A stretch of DNA of 34,247 nt from Candidatus Babeliales bacterium (GTDB taxonomy: Bacteria > Babelota > Babeliae > Babelales > Vermiphilaceae), in NCBI GenBank assembly GCA_045863215.1, contig BTUB01000001.1, positions 1 to 34,247 on the forward strand, in the 5' to 3' direction. Of this stretch, positions 22,467 to 30,288 are shown one piece after another. A program made the position numbers and the translations under genes. The stretch's first letter is position 1. Every line of letters starts with the position of its first letter. The notes beneath the pieces are model-generated. The model was not told the origin of the DNA. It did no database searches and worked only from the letters and a program-made list of their open reading frames with translations.

Positions 22467-23375
22467 TTATAATTCGTTTTCTTTTTTTACTTCTATTGCA
22501 TGCCCACCAAAACTATGGCGAATCATCTGAATTAATTTACTCGCAAAATTTCCACCGGTTTCTCGTGATTCTTTACGCGCACGCAAAGAAGCTTCAAGCA
22601 CCGGAGCAGGCACATGATTTTTTTTCGCATTTTCTAAATTCCATGCCCCTGTGCCACCCTCTTGAATTTTGCCATCGATACTACCAAGATATTGATCATG
22701 CTTAAACACATCATGCGTTAAATCTAAAAGCCATGAGCGCACCACCGCACCATGTTGCCATACCTGTGCAATCTTTTGCAGATCAAGATCTTTATAATCG
22801 CCTTCGCGCAATAAATGGAATCCTTCGGCGTATGCTTGCAGCATGCCATATTCAATGCCATTATGAATCATTTTCACATAATGGCCCGCTCCTGATGGCC
22901 CCACATGGGCAACGCCATTTTTAGTTGCAATTACTCGCAATAAAGGAAGAATTTTTTCATACGCATGCAGATCGCCGCCCACCATTAAGCAAAAACCGTT
23001 TTTGAGTCCATGCACACCTCCGGATGTGCCACAATCTAAATAAGCAATCTTTTTAAGCGCTAATTCTTTTGCACGGCATACTGAATCATTAAAATTACTA
23101 TTGCCACCGTCAATTAAAATTTTGTTCTCTGCTAACGCAGGAACAATTTTTTTTAAGGTTTGATCCACAATATCACCAGCAGGAATCATGAGCCAAATAA
23201 TATCGGCTTCTTTGGCAAGCTCTTGCAAATCGTGGTAAATCTGAATTCCTTGTTTTTGTAGTTCTTTCTGAATTTCAATGTTGGGATCATATCCCAATAC
23301 ACAATATCCTGCATCAAATGCACGGCGTGCAATTGCGGCTCCCATGCGCCCAAGTCCTATTACGCCTAATTTCAT
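22467..23375 (-). CDS. gnd: 6-phosphogluconate dehydrogenase, short (~300 aa) decarboxylating form
   Basis: MKLGVIGLGRMGAAIA is a Rossmann motif, and the blocks GGNS..D, CGTSGG and GAGHYVKMIHNGIEYG are typical of 6PGDH. The start is placed at 23375, where ATGA overlaps the zwf stop; the track start at 23411 is the alternative. Confidence 0.85.
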   Translation of the reverse strand: MKLGVIGLGRMGAAIARRAFDAGYCVLGYDPNIEIQKELQKQGIQIYHDLQELAKEADIIWLMIPAGDIVDQTLKKIVPALAENKILIDGGNSNFNDSVCRAKELALKKIAYLDCGTSGGVHGLKNGFCLMVGGDLHAYEKILPLLRVIATKNGVAHVGPSGAGHYVKMIHNGIEYGMLQAYAEGFHLLREGDYKDLDLQKIAQVWQHGAVVRSWLLDLTHDVFKHDQYLGSIDGKIQEGGTGAWNLENAKKNHVPAPVLEASLRARKESRETGGNFASKLIQMIRHSFGGHAIEVKKENEL

Positions 23376-24793
23376 TTTTTGTTTCCTTTCTTTGGTGAGC
23401 GCATGAGCCACTGCATGCCATGCTTTTTTTCAAAATCGAATTCTTGCTCAGCAGGGCCCTGCGATCCGGCCTCATATAGATATAATTGCGGTCTTAATTC
23501 TTTGATGCTATCAATTATTTTCCACGCATATTCAATTTCATCAAAACGCACTGAAACAGATTGTTCCCCTTTTAAAATTTCTTCAAAAAGTGTCTCATAC
23601 GCTTCCGGGGCCATACCAAACGAAGGATGTGAAAATGCCATTTGCACCGGCATTACTTGATCAGATTTTCCCGGACGTTTTGCATTTAAAGAAAGTTCAA
23701 ACACCGGATCGGGACTCACCTCAATAGTTAAATAATTTGTCTGACTGGGACATGCACTGCGAGTAAGCAAACAATCCACTTGTTTAAATTTAATATAAAT
23801 TGCCGTCTCTTTTTTATTCAGCAGTTTTCCCGTTTTTAAATAAAACGGTACACCGGCCCAACGTGGATTATCAATGAGTAAATGCACCTGTGCAAACGTC
23901 TCCGTTTTTGAATCTGGTGCTACACCAGGCTCATTTACATATCCTTTAAATTGGCCTAATAATGCATCAACTACTTTTATTTTTTGCAACACTTTAGCAC
24001 GTTGTGTGCGAATATAATCACCGCTTAATTTTTCAGGCGATTCCATTGCCACCAACGCAACAAGCTGCATCATATGATTTTGCATCACATCTGCTAATGC
24101 ACCATATTTATCATAGAATGCGCCGCGCCCTTCTATGCCAATAGATTCATCAAACACAATTTGCACTTGATCAATGTAACGATTATTCCAGAGCGGCTCA
24201 AAAATAATATTGGTAAATCGCACCAGGGCAATATTGCCAACTAACTCTTTGGTAAGATAATGATCAATACGATAAATTTGATATTCTTCAAAATACCGCG
24301 CAATGCATTCATTCACTTCATGTGCAGACTTTAAATCGTGGCCGAATGGTTTTTCGTAAACGATTCTTTGCCATACAGAATCTTTCGTATTTACTGTTTT
24401 TTTTATAATTCCCGATTTTGCCAAACCATGAGTAATCGTACAATAAAAATAAGGAGCTGTGGAACAATAGACCAATCTATTGCCGCTCAACTTATATTTT
24501 TTTTCTAACTCACTCACAAACACCGCAAGCTCGTCAAATTCTTTCTCATGAGAAAAATTTATTGAATGATAAAACACGTGTTTACCAAATTCATGCCATT
24601 TTTCATTATCACAATCACGCACATATTTTTTTGCGTTCACTAAAAGCTGCTCAGCGCTTATCTGATCAAGCGCTGCGCCCACAATAATAGACTTATCTAA
24701 TTTATTTTGAATAAATAATTGATAGAGCGCGGGAAAGATTTTTTTTCGCGCAAGATCGCCGGTGGCGCCTAATATCACAATAAGATTATTCAT
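23372..24793 (-). CDS. zwf: glucose-6-phosphate 1-dehydrogenase
   Basis: ILGATGDLARKKIFPALY is the NADP-binding GxxGDLA motif. EKPFGHD and the active-site block RIDHYLTKE are present. Length 473 aa. Confidence 0.93.
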   Translation of the reverse strand: MNNLIVILGATGDLARKKIFPALYQLFIQNKLDKSIIVGAALDQISAEQLLVNAKKYVRDCDNEKWHEFGKHVFYHSINFSHEKEFDELAVFVSELEKKYKLSGNRLVYCSTAPYFYCTITHGLAKSGIIKKTVNTKDSVWQRIVYEKPFGHDLKSAHEVNECIARYFEEYQIYRIDHYLTKELVGNIALVRFTNIIFEPLWNNRYIDQVQIVFDESIGIEGRGAFYDKYGALADVMQNHMMQLVALVAMESPEKLSGDYIRTQRAKVLQKIKVVDALLGQFKGYVNEPGVAPDSKTETFAQVHLLIDNPRWAGVPFYLKTGKLLNKKETAIYIKFKQVDCLLTRSACPSQTNYLTIEVSPDPVFELSLNAKRPGKSDQVMPVQMAFSHPSFGMAPEAYETLFEEILKGEQSVSVRFDEIEYAWKIIDSIKELRPQLYLYEAGSQGPAEQEFDFEKKHGMQWLMRSPKKGNKK

Positions 24794-26027
24794 GAGCCAA
24801 AATCTCTCGCGTTGTTTGTTTATATAATTCTACTTGCGGTTGATCAAAACTATTAACTTCCATTAATACACCTAAATAAACCGTGGCTATCATTTGCGAT
24901 TGTAAAAATTGTCCTATATAGAATGCATTTTTTTCCGGTATTACAATAGTCATAAAAGGACGATTTGCTTTTTCATATGCTTTGAGAGTACCTTCAAAAA
25001 TAGCAGCCATAATAGTATGCAGAGATTTAGATTGTATATGTGGCACTAATGCATCGAATTCGGGCATGTTGGGAATGAGTATCCTTTCATCCTCTTTTTC
25101 TATCCATACGAAAGTAGTCACCCGATCATTGGGCCCACCCAAATATAATTGTCCCACTGAATGTAAATCGGTGCTTCCTATTGAAACGGTAGGAGTAATA
25201 CCAAGCGGTTCCCCGTGCGTATTAGGTTTGCCTAAACTTTCGCCAATCAACTGTCGTTGCCATTTGCCCATTGATTCTAAACAAGAATCAAATAAAAAAA
25301 GATCATGGATCCGAATCCCTTTGGCATAGTTTTGAGCAAGAACCAGCGCAAAAAGTGCTGCACGATTGCCATCATTTAATTCTAAGCAAGAATGGGTAAT
25401 CTGTTGAGCTCCCTCACATAATTGCTCAATATCTATTCCAGCCATCCCTAAAGGAAAAAGGCCTACCGCGCTCATCACCGAAAATCTACCCCCCACGTGT
25501 GTCGGAATCGGCAAAACATCAAAATTCTTTGAAAGCGCCAATTTCCAAAAAGGGGAATCTTCATCGCTTATTACCACCACTTGCTCATAATATTGATTCG
25601 GATGATGCTTCATTAAAACCGCTAAAAAACATTCAAAATTGGCAATTGTTTCAGTAGTACTGCCCGATTTGCTAATTGTTACAATCAGTAGCTTTTCCCC
25701 CTGGGCCAAAGAATCATTTACACGGGCTAACAAATGAGCCATGAACTGGCTATCCACCGTATCAGCAAAATAAATCGGTGTGGTTGAAGCTATTTTAAGC
25801 GCTTCATACACTGCCTGGGCACCCAAATTAGATCCTCCAATGCCCACAACCACGATGAATGCCGGAACCAGTTTCTTCTTTTTGGCTATCAGTTCTTTAA
25901 CCTGCTTCCTATATTCGACATCACCCGGCAGTTTAATAAATGAATGGGGACCGGCATACCCTTTTTGATCAAGCGATTTTCTGAATTGGGCAATGGAATG
26001 CTCTACGCGGGAAATAGCAACAGTCAT
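24786..26027 (-). CDS. pgi: glucose-6-phosphate isomerase (short ~410-aa type)
   Basis: VVVGIGGSNLGAQAV and ISKSGSTTET are the PGI/SIS-domain signatures. The stop overlaps the zwf start by 8 nt. Confidence 0.88.
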   Translation of the reverse strand: MTVAISRVEHSIAQFRKSLDQKGYAGPHSFIKLPGDVEYRKQVKELIAKKKKLVPAFIVVVGIGGSNLGAQAVYEALKIASTTPIYFADTVDSQFMAHLLARVNDSLAQGEKLLIVTISKSGSTTETIANFECFLAVLMKHHPNQYYEQVVVISDEDSPFWKLALSKNFDVLPIPTHVGGRFSVMSAVGLFPLGMAGIDIEQLCEGAQQITHSCLELNDGNRAALFALVLAQNYAKGIRIHDLFLFDSCLESMGKWQRQLIGESLGKPNTHGEPLGITPTVSIGSTDLHSVGQLYLGGPNDRVTTFVWIEKEDERILIPNMPEFDALVPHIQSKSLHTIMAAIFEGTLKAYEKANRPFMTIVIPEKNAFYIGQFLQSQMIATVYLGVLMEVNSFDQPQVELYKQTTREILAHE

Positions 26028-26153
26028 ACCATAATTCCTTTGTTTTTATATAACATTTTGTTTTACCATACCCGTAAATAGAAACATGGGCAAAAAATGA
26101 AAATAAGGAAAAATAAAATCTATTTCTATCTGATTAAAAAAACAATTTTAAAA

Positions 26154-26182
26154 TTGACAAATTTATCAATTCAGTCAATATT
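26154..26182 (+). promoter_or_regulatory. candidate sigma70-type promoter for the lipoprotein operon
   Basis: TTGACA (26154-26159), a 17-nt spacer and AATATT (26177-26182), about 50 nt upstream of the ATG at 26235. Confidence 0.3.
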
Positions 26183-26234
26183 AAAGCATCTATAGATTTA
26201 AACCTGTGAACTATACAATACACAGGGAGGGGTT

Positions 26235-27005
26235 ATGCTAAAAAAACATTACAGTATCTGGCTATTTTTGGGCTCCTTTTTATTAATGCTGCCCAGCTGC
26301 AAGCGCCCCTCTTATATGTGTCGGAATTTTGAATCTTTGACCCCGGCATTTTCCGGACAACAAACCAAAGAAAATGTAACGGTTAAAATAGCCCCCCTAT
26401 CTAAACAAGAATCTCAGGCCTTTTTTGATCATCGAGGTCATCGCTTGCATTCAAAGCGAAAGCCGTTGCGACCAGTAATGGTATCCATCCAAAATGAAAG
26501 CGATAAAACATATACGTTTGATCTAAAAAGTATGGAAATTAAACTTGCCAACCCACGCAGCGCGGCACGTAGAATGTATGGCCATACCAGTCGTCGCATT
26601 ATAGCCCCCCTTTTATTAGGCTCGTTGGGCGCCTCGATCTGCTTTTTTGGAGCAGCGTATTTAGTAATTTTGGGTACTATCCAGCAAGTTGCTATGCCTG
26701 CGCTCGTAAAAGCAGGATATAGCCTCTTGGGCATTTCCGGCTTAATAGCTGTTACTGCTCCGGCAACTAGCTACTACCAAGGATCTTTATCCTATGCAGT
26801 TAACAAACAAATTGATCAGGATATTTCCCAAAAAACGATTCACGGTCCTCTGAGTATCGCTCCAAGAAATAATGCAAGTTTTTTGATTTTTTGCAAAAAT
26901 CGCTCTGTGCCATTGAAATGGAACGTTATTTTAAATGAACAAGAAACCCAACAGCCCTTATTATTTGCAGTACATTTAAATAACGAAGGAGTATCCCATG
27001 CGTAA
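26235..27005 (+). CDS. lipoprotein, paralogue 1 of a four-member family (internal TM hairpin)
   Basis: GGGAGGGG upstream and lipobox LLMLPSC. It carries the family blocks TKENVTV...LSKQESQAFFDHRGHRL...PVMVSIQNESDKTYTFD, then two hydrophobic helices, then NKQIDQDI...SIAPRNNASFLIF. Confidence 0.7.
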   Translation: MLKKHYSIWLFLGSFLLMLPSCKRPSYMCRNFESLTPAFSGQQTKENVTVKIAPLSKQESQAFFDHRGHRLHSKRKPLRPVMVSIQNESDKTYTFDLKSMEIKLANPRSAARRMYGHTSRRIIAPLLLGSLGASICFFGAAYLVILGTIQQVAMPALVKAGYSLLGISGLIAVTAPATSYYQGSLSYAVNKQIDQDISQKTIHGPLSIAPRNNASFLIFCKNRSVPLKWNVILNEQETQQPLLFAVHLNNEGVSHA

Positions 27006-27963
27006 TCTTAAAATGATGGCACTCTCAGCACTCTTTGTTTGTACACCAATCATCGCCCATCTTGAAAATGTGGTATATCTTTTTGCGCATGGTTTATATA
27101 ACGATTATACCCTTGCTTATTACTATGAAAATATTCGCCGCCCGCATGAACTGTATATTATCAACAATAATGAATTGGGCTTGGGCCATATTCCTCATCA
27201 TTCACATCGCTGGAGCATTGATGATCAAGATGATATGCGCTTGTGGATCATCCAACAACCGCTCTATACGTTCAACTTTCCTGATGCTACACGAAAAGGA
27301 TTTGACGGGAATGAAACGAGCCTGGGGCAAGAAAATGAAATTAAGGCGCTCGCCAATGCCTATGAATATATTAAGCATAATACTATCGTGGTGATGGGCT
27401 ACTCGCGCGGAGCAGCAACGGTACTCAATTGGCTCGGCACAAAAAAACCTACTCATATCGCGGCAGCAATTGTAGAATCTCCCTATGATTCTATTACAAA
27501 TGCGTTGGATTTTTTCTGCAAAACTGCTGGTGTAGGCTGGATTCCTTACTCAATTTTATATACCTCTCCAAATCTCTTTTTTGGAAAGTTTAATCATAAG
27601 GGAATATTTCCCATCAAAGTAGTACAACAGATTGATCCGAATATACCTTTACTTATAATCGCATCCTTAGAAGATGCCCTGGTTCCGGCACACAACACGG
27701 CCAATATTTATACCAGACTTTTGCAATATGGCCATCAGCATGTTTATTTTCTTCTGTTGGAAAAAGGTACCCATGGCTATCTCTTAGAAAGCTATGATGC
27801 ACATATTTATCTTAACACCGTGCATGCATTTTATAAAAAATATGATCTGCCGCACAATAAGGCATTTGCGGCCCAAGGAGAAAAAATTCTGGCTCAGTGC
27901 CAACCCTCTAAAAAAGAAGTTGATGAAGCATTACAAAATAAAAAAAGTTTCATCAAAAGATAA
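26998..27963 (+). CDS. secreted alpha/beta serine hydrolase
   Basis: AAGGAG upstream, and the ATG overlaps the paralogue-1 stop by 8 nt. The N-terminus is signal-like. VVMGYSRGAAT is a G-x-S-x-G elbow, ASLEDALVP a candidate Asp and KGTHGYL a candidate His. Confidence 0.7.
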   Translation: MRNLKMMALSALFVCTPIIAHLENVVYLFAHGLYNDYTLAYYYENIRRPHELYIINNNELGLGHIPHHSHRWSIDDQDDMRLWIIQQPLYTFNFPDATRKGFDGNETSLGQENEIKALANAYEYIKHNTIVVMGYSRGAATVLNWLGTKKPTHIAAAIVESPYDSITNALDFFCKTAGVGWIPYSILYTSPNLFFGKFNHKGIFPIKVVQQIDPNIPLLIIASLEDALVPAHNTANIYTRLLQYGHQHVYFLLLEKGTHGYLLESYDAHIYLNTVHAFYKKYDLPHNKAFAAQGEKILAQCQPSKKEVDEALQNKKSFIKR

Positions 27964-27979
27964 TTTTTAGAAGGACACC

Positions 27980-28702
27980 ATGTTATTTACTCGTATTAGC
28001 TTGGCAACTAGTGTTACTTGCTTACTGCTATTGCCCGCATGTGGCCCACACTATCATAGAAATCAACTTCCGCAGATAACTAAAACTTCTGTTTCGCACG
28101 AAACTAAAAATAATGTCACGATATCTGCACATCATATGAATCGCGCTGATATTCAGCAAACATTTGGCACCCGCGGGCGCAAACTGGGCTACTATGGCTT
28201 GTGTCCGATTCAGCTTTCAATAAAAAATAATAGTACTGATACATTCATCTTCGATCCAATGCACACCACACTGCCAGCGGTGAATCACGCGGATGTTGTC
28301 TATTGCTTGCAAAATCATACCACACGCAATACCGCAGGATTAGTGGGATTAGGACTATTGGCCACTGGCGCCATTTGCATATATACCCTTCCTTTTGCAC
28401 TGTGGTATTATGCAACCGGCATCATCACCGCCGGCCTATATATCGGCTTGGGCACTGCAACCGGAACTTTACTATTAACCCCACCTGTGGCCGTTTATTA
28501 TGCAAAGCAGGCACACCGCGCTAATCGCAGAATATATCACAATATTAAAGAGGTAGCCGTAACTCATACACGCGCAATTGCCCCAGGGCAAGAGTTGGAT
28601 GTGATTTTATTTACCAAAAAAGAAAACTGTAAAAAAGATTTTTCCCTGAGTTTGATTAATGAAGCAACACAAGAAGTAACTAGATTTAATTTTATTCATT
28701 AA
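27980..28702 (+). CDS. lipoprotein, paralogue 2
   Basis: Lipobox LLLLPAC. It has TKNNVTI...MNRADIQQTFGTRGRKL...PIQLSIKNNSTDTFIFDP, two hydrophobic helices and ANRRIYHNIKE...IAPGQELDVILF. It starts 16 nt after the previous gene. Confidence 0.7.
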   Translation: MLFTRISLATSVTCLLLLPACGPHYHRNQLPQITKTSVSHETKNNVTISAHHMNRADIQQTFGTRGRKLGYYGLCPIQLSIKNNSTDTFIFDPMHTTLPAVNHADVVYCLQNHTTRNTAGLVGLGLLATGAICIYTLPFALWYYATGIITAGLYIGLGTATGTLLLTPPVAVYYAKQAHRANRRIYHNIKEVAVTHTRAIAPGQELDVILFTKKENCKKDFSLSLINEATQEVTRFNFIH

Positions 28703-28715
28703 TTGGAACAGCTAA

Positions 28716-29450
28716 ATGAAACAACTCTTAAAATTATTATTTATCTTTTTAGTTATCGCGGTATTACCAGCTTGTGGTCCACATTATCGTAAAAAATCTC
28801 TTTCTTATCTACGCTCCATCAAGCCAGGATACAGCCAAACAAAAGATCAAATGGCTTTAGAAATTACTCAGCTAAACGAGAATGATACCAATGCTTTATT
28901 TGATGGCCAAGGTCGAAAATTAAAAAAAATAGCTCGTCCTCTTTACTTTAGAATTATAAATCAAAGTAACTATAGTTTTTCACTCAATCCACAATCAATC
29001 ACCTTAGCTCAAGTAAGCGTTGAAGAACTCCAGGAAGCAATATGTTATAAAAAACTACTCCCTATTGCGGGAATAGTAGGCGCCGGAGCTTTATACATTC
29101 CACTCTTTTGGATTCATACTTTTGGAATTTATGCCGCAGTAATATACAATTATGTTTTTTTAACTGCTTGTTTGTGCGCATCCGGTGCATTACTCCTACT
29201 TGCCACCTCTTTTATTATTCCTGCAACAATGATTAGCAGCGTGAAATATTCAAACAACGTTAATCATGCCAATCAAGATTTACATGAAGATATTCACGAA
29301 AAAACATCGGGAAATTTTTTAAAAATCCCTGCAGATACCACTCAAGAATTCTTATTCTTCGCTAATTCAAAGCAGTTCAAGAACAACTTTGATGTAACTT
29401 TTACTGAAAAAATAACCCAAAAACCTTTAACTTTTAACGTAACCCTCTAA
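28716..29450 (+). CDS. lipoprotein, paralogue 3
   Basis: Lipobox IAVLPAC. It has TKDQMAL...LNENDTNALFDGQGRKL...PLYFRIINQSNYSFSLNP, two or three hydrophobic helices and ANQDLHEDIHEK...IPADTTQEFLFF. It starts 13 nt after the previous gene. Confidence 0.7.
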   Translation: MKQLLKLLFIFLVIAVLPACGPHYRKKSLSYLRSIKPGYSQTKDQMALEITQLNENDTNALFDGQGRKLKKIARPLYFRIINQSNYSFSLNPQSITLAQVSVEELQEAICYKKLLPIAGIVGAGALYIPLFWIHTFGIYAAVIYNYVFLTACLCASGALLLLATSFIIPATMISSVKYSNNVNHANQDLHEDIHEKTSGNFLKIPADTTQEFLFFANSKQFKNNFDVTFTEKITQKPLTFNVTL

Positions 29451-29460
29451 ATGGAGTTCT

Positions 29461-30159
29461 ATGAAACACTTGTTTATTTTACCACTTATACTAATTGCAC
29501 TTTTAGTGCTCCCAGCATGTGTGCCTTCCTATCAACAAAAGCAACTCAAGCACTTGCAAAGCAACACCAACATCTTTGAAGAAACCAAAGATGGAGTATT
29601 GCTCCGTGTGCATCCACTCAATAAAAAAGAATCGAATGATCTTTTTGATGGCCGCGGTTATTATTTATTACGCAATAAAAACCCATTGCAAGCGATTCAA
29701 ATCACGATCTTTAACAAAACTGATCATGCGTATATCTTAAACCCGGAAATGATCGATCTATCATTGGTGCGCCCGGAAGATGTGATTAAAGCAATCGAAT
29801 ATGATCGCACCGCGCAAACGGTAATTCCTCTTTTTATCGGCACTATGGGAATTATCGCGCGTAATGCCTCGGCGGGCAATTCTAAATATGAGCAAAACTG
29901 CGCCACTGCAGATTCAGTGGTAATCGGCGCCGGAACCGCAGCAACAGCACTTGCGGGCAATCAAGAAGCAAAAAATGCTAATGATGTACTTGCTGATGAC
30001 GTGCATGAAAAATTGCTCAATGCTGATGGATTAGTAATTAAACCGTTTGAAAAAATCAGCACCATAATTGTAGTAGAAAAAGAGATGATGCGCCCGGCAT
30101 TCATGATGAGTTTGCAACGTGGCGATCAATCATTACTTACTTATGAAGTAATGTTATAA
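29461..30159 (+). CDS. lipoprotein, paralogue 4 (TM hairpin replaced by Gly/Ala-rich amphipathic insert)
   Basis: Lipobox LLVLPAC. It has TKDGVLL...LNKKESNDLFDGRGYYL...PLQAIQITIFNKTDHAYILNP and ANDVLADDVHEK...IKPFEKISTIIVV. It starts 10 nt after the previous gene, and a terminator follows. Confidence 0.7.
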   Translation: MKHLFILPLILIALLVLPACVPSYQQKQLKHLQSNTNIFEETKDGVLLRVHPLNKKESNDLFDGRGYYLLRNKNPLQAIQITIFNKTDHAYILNPEMIDLSLVRPEDVIKAIEYDRTAQTVIPLFIGTMGIIARNASAGNSKYEQNCATADSVVIGAGTAATALAGNQEAKNANDVLADDVHEKLLNADGLVIKPFEKISTIIVVEKEMMRPAFMMSLQRGDQSLLTYEVML

Positions 30160-30183
30160 CTTTTTTCATCACATCAATTTATA

Positions 30184-30212
30184 AGGCCCCAGTAATTCTG
30201 GGGCCTTTTTTT
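30184..30212 (+). terminator. intrinsic terminator closing the lipoprotein operon
   Basis: AGGCCCCAG-TAATT-CTGGGGCCT (9-bp stem) followed by TTTTTTT. Confidence 0.75.
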
Positions 30213-30288
30213 ATAAATCTTTACTATCTGGTGGAAAAAAAATGTAACTGTGCTTAAATAGTACAAATTATTCCTACAGGAGCCTTCT

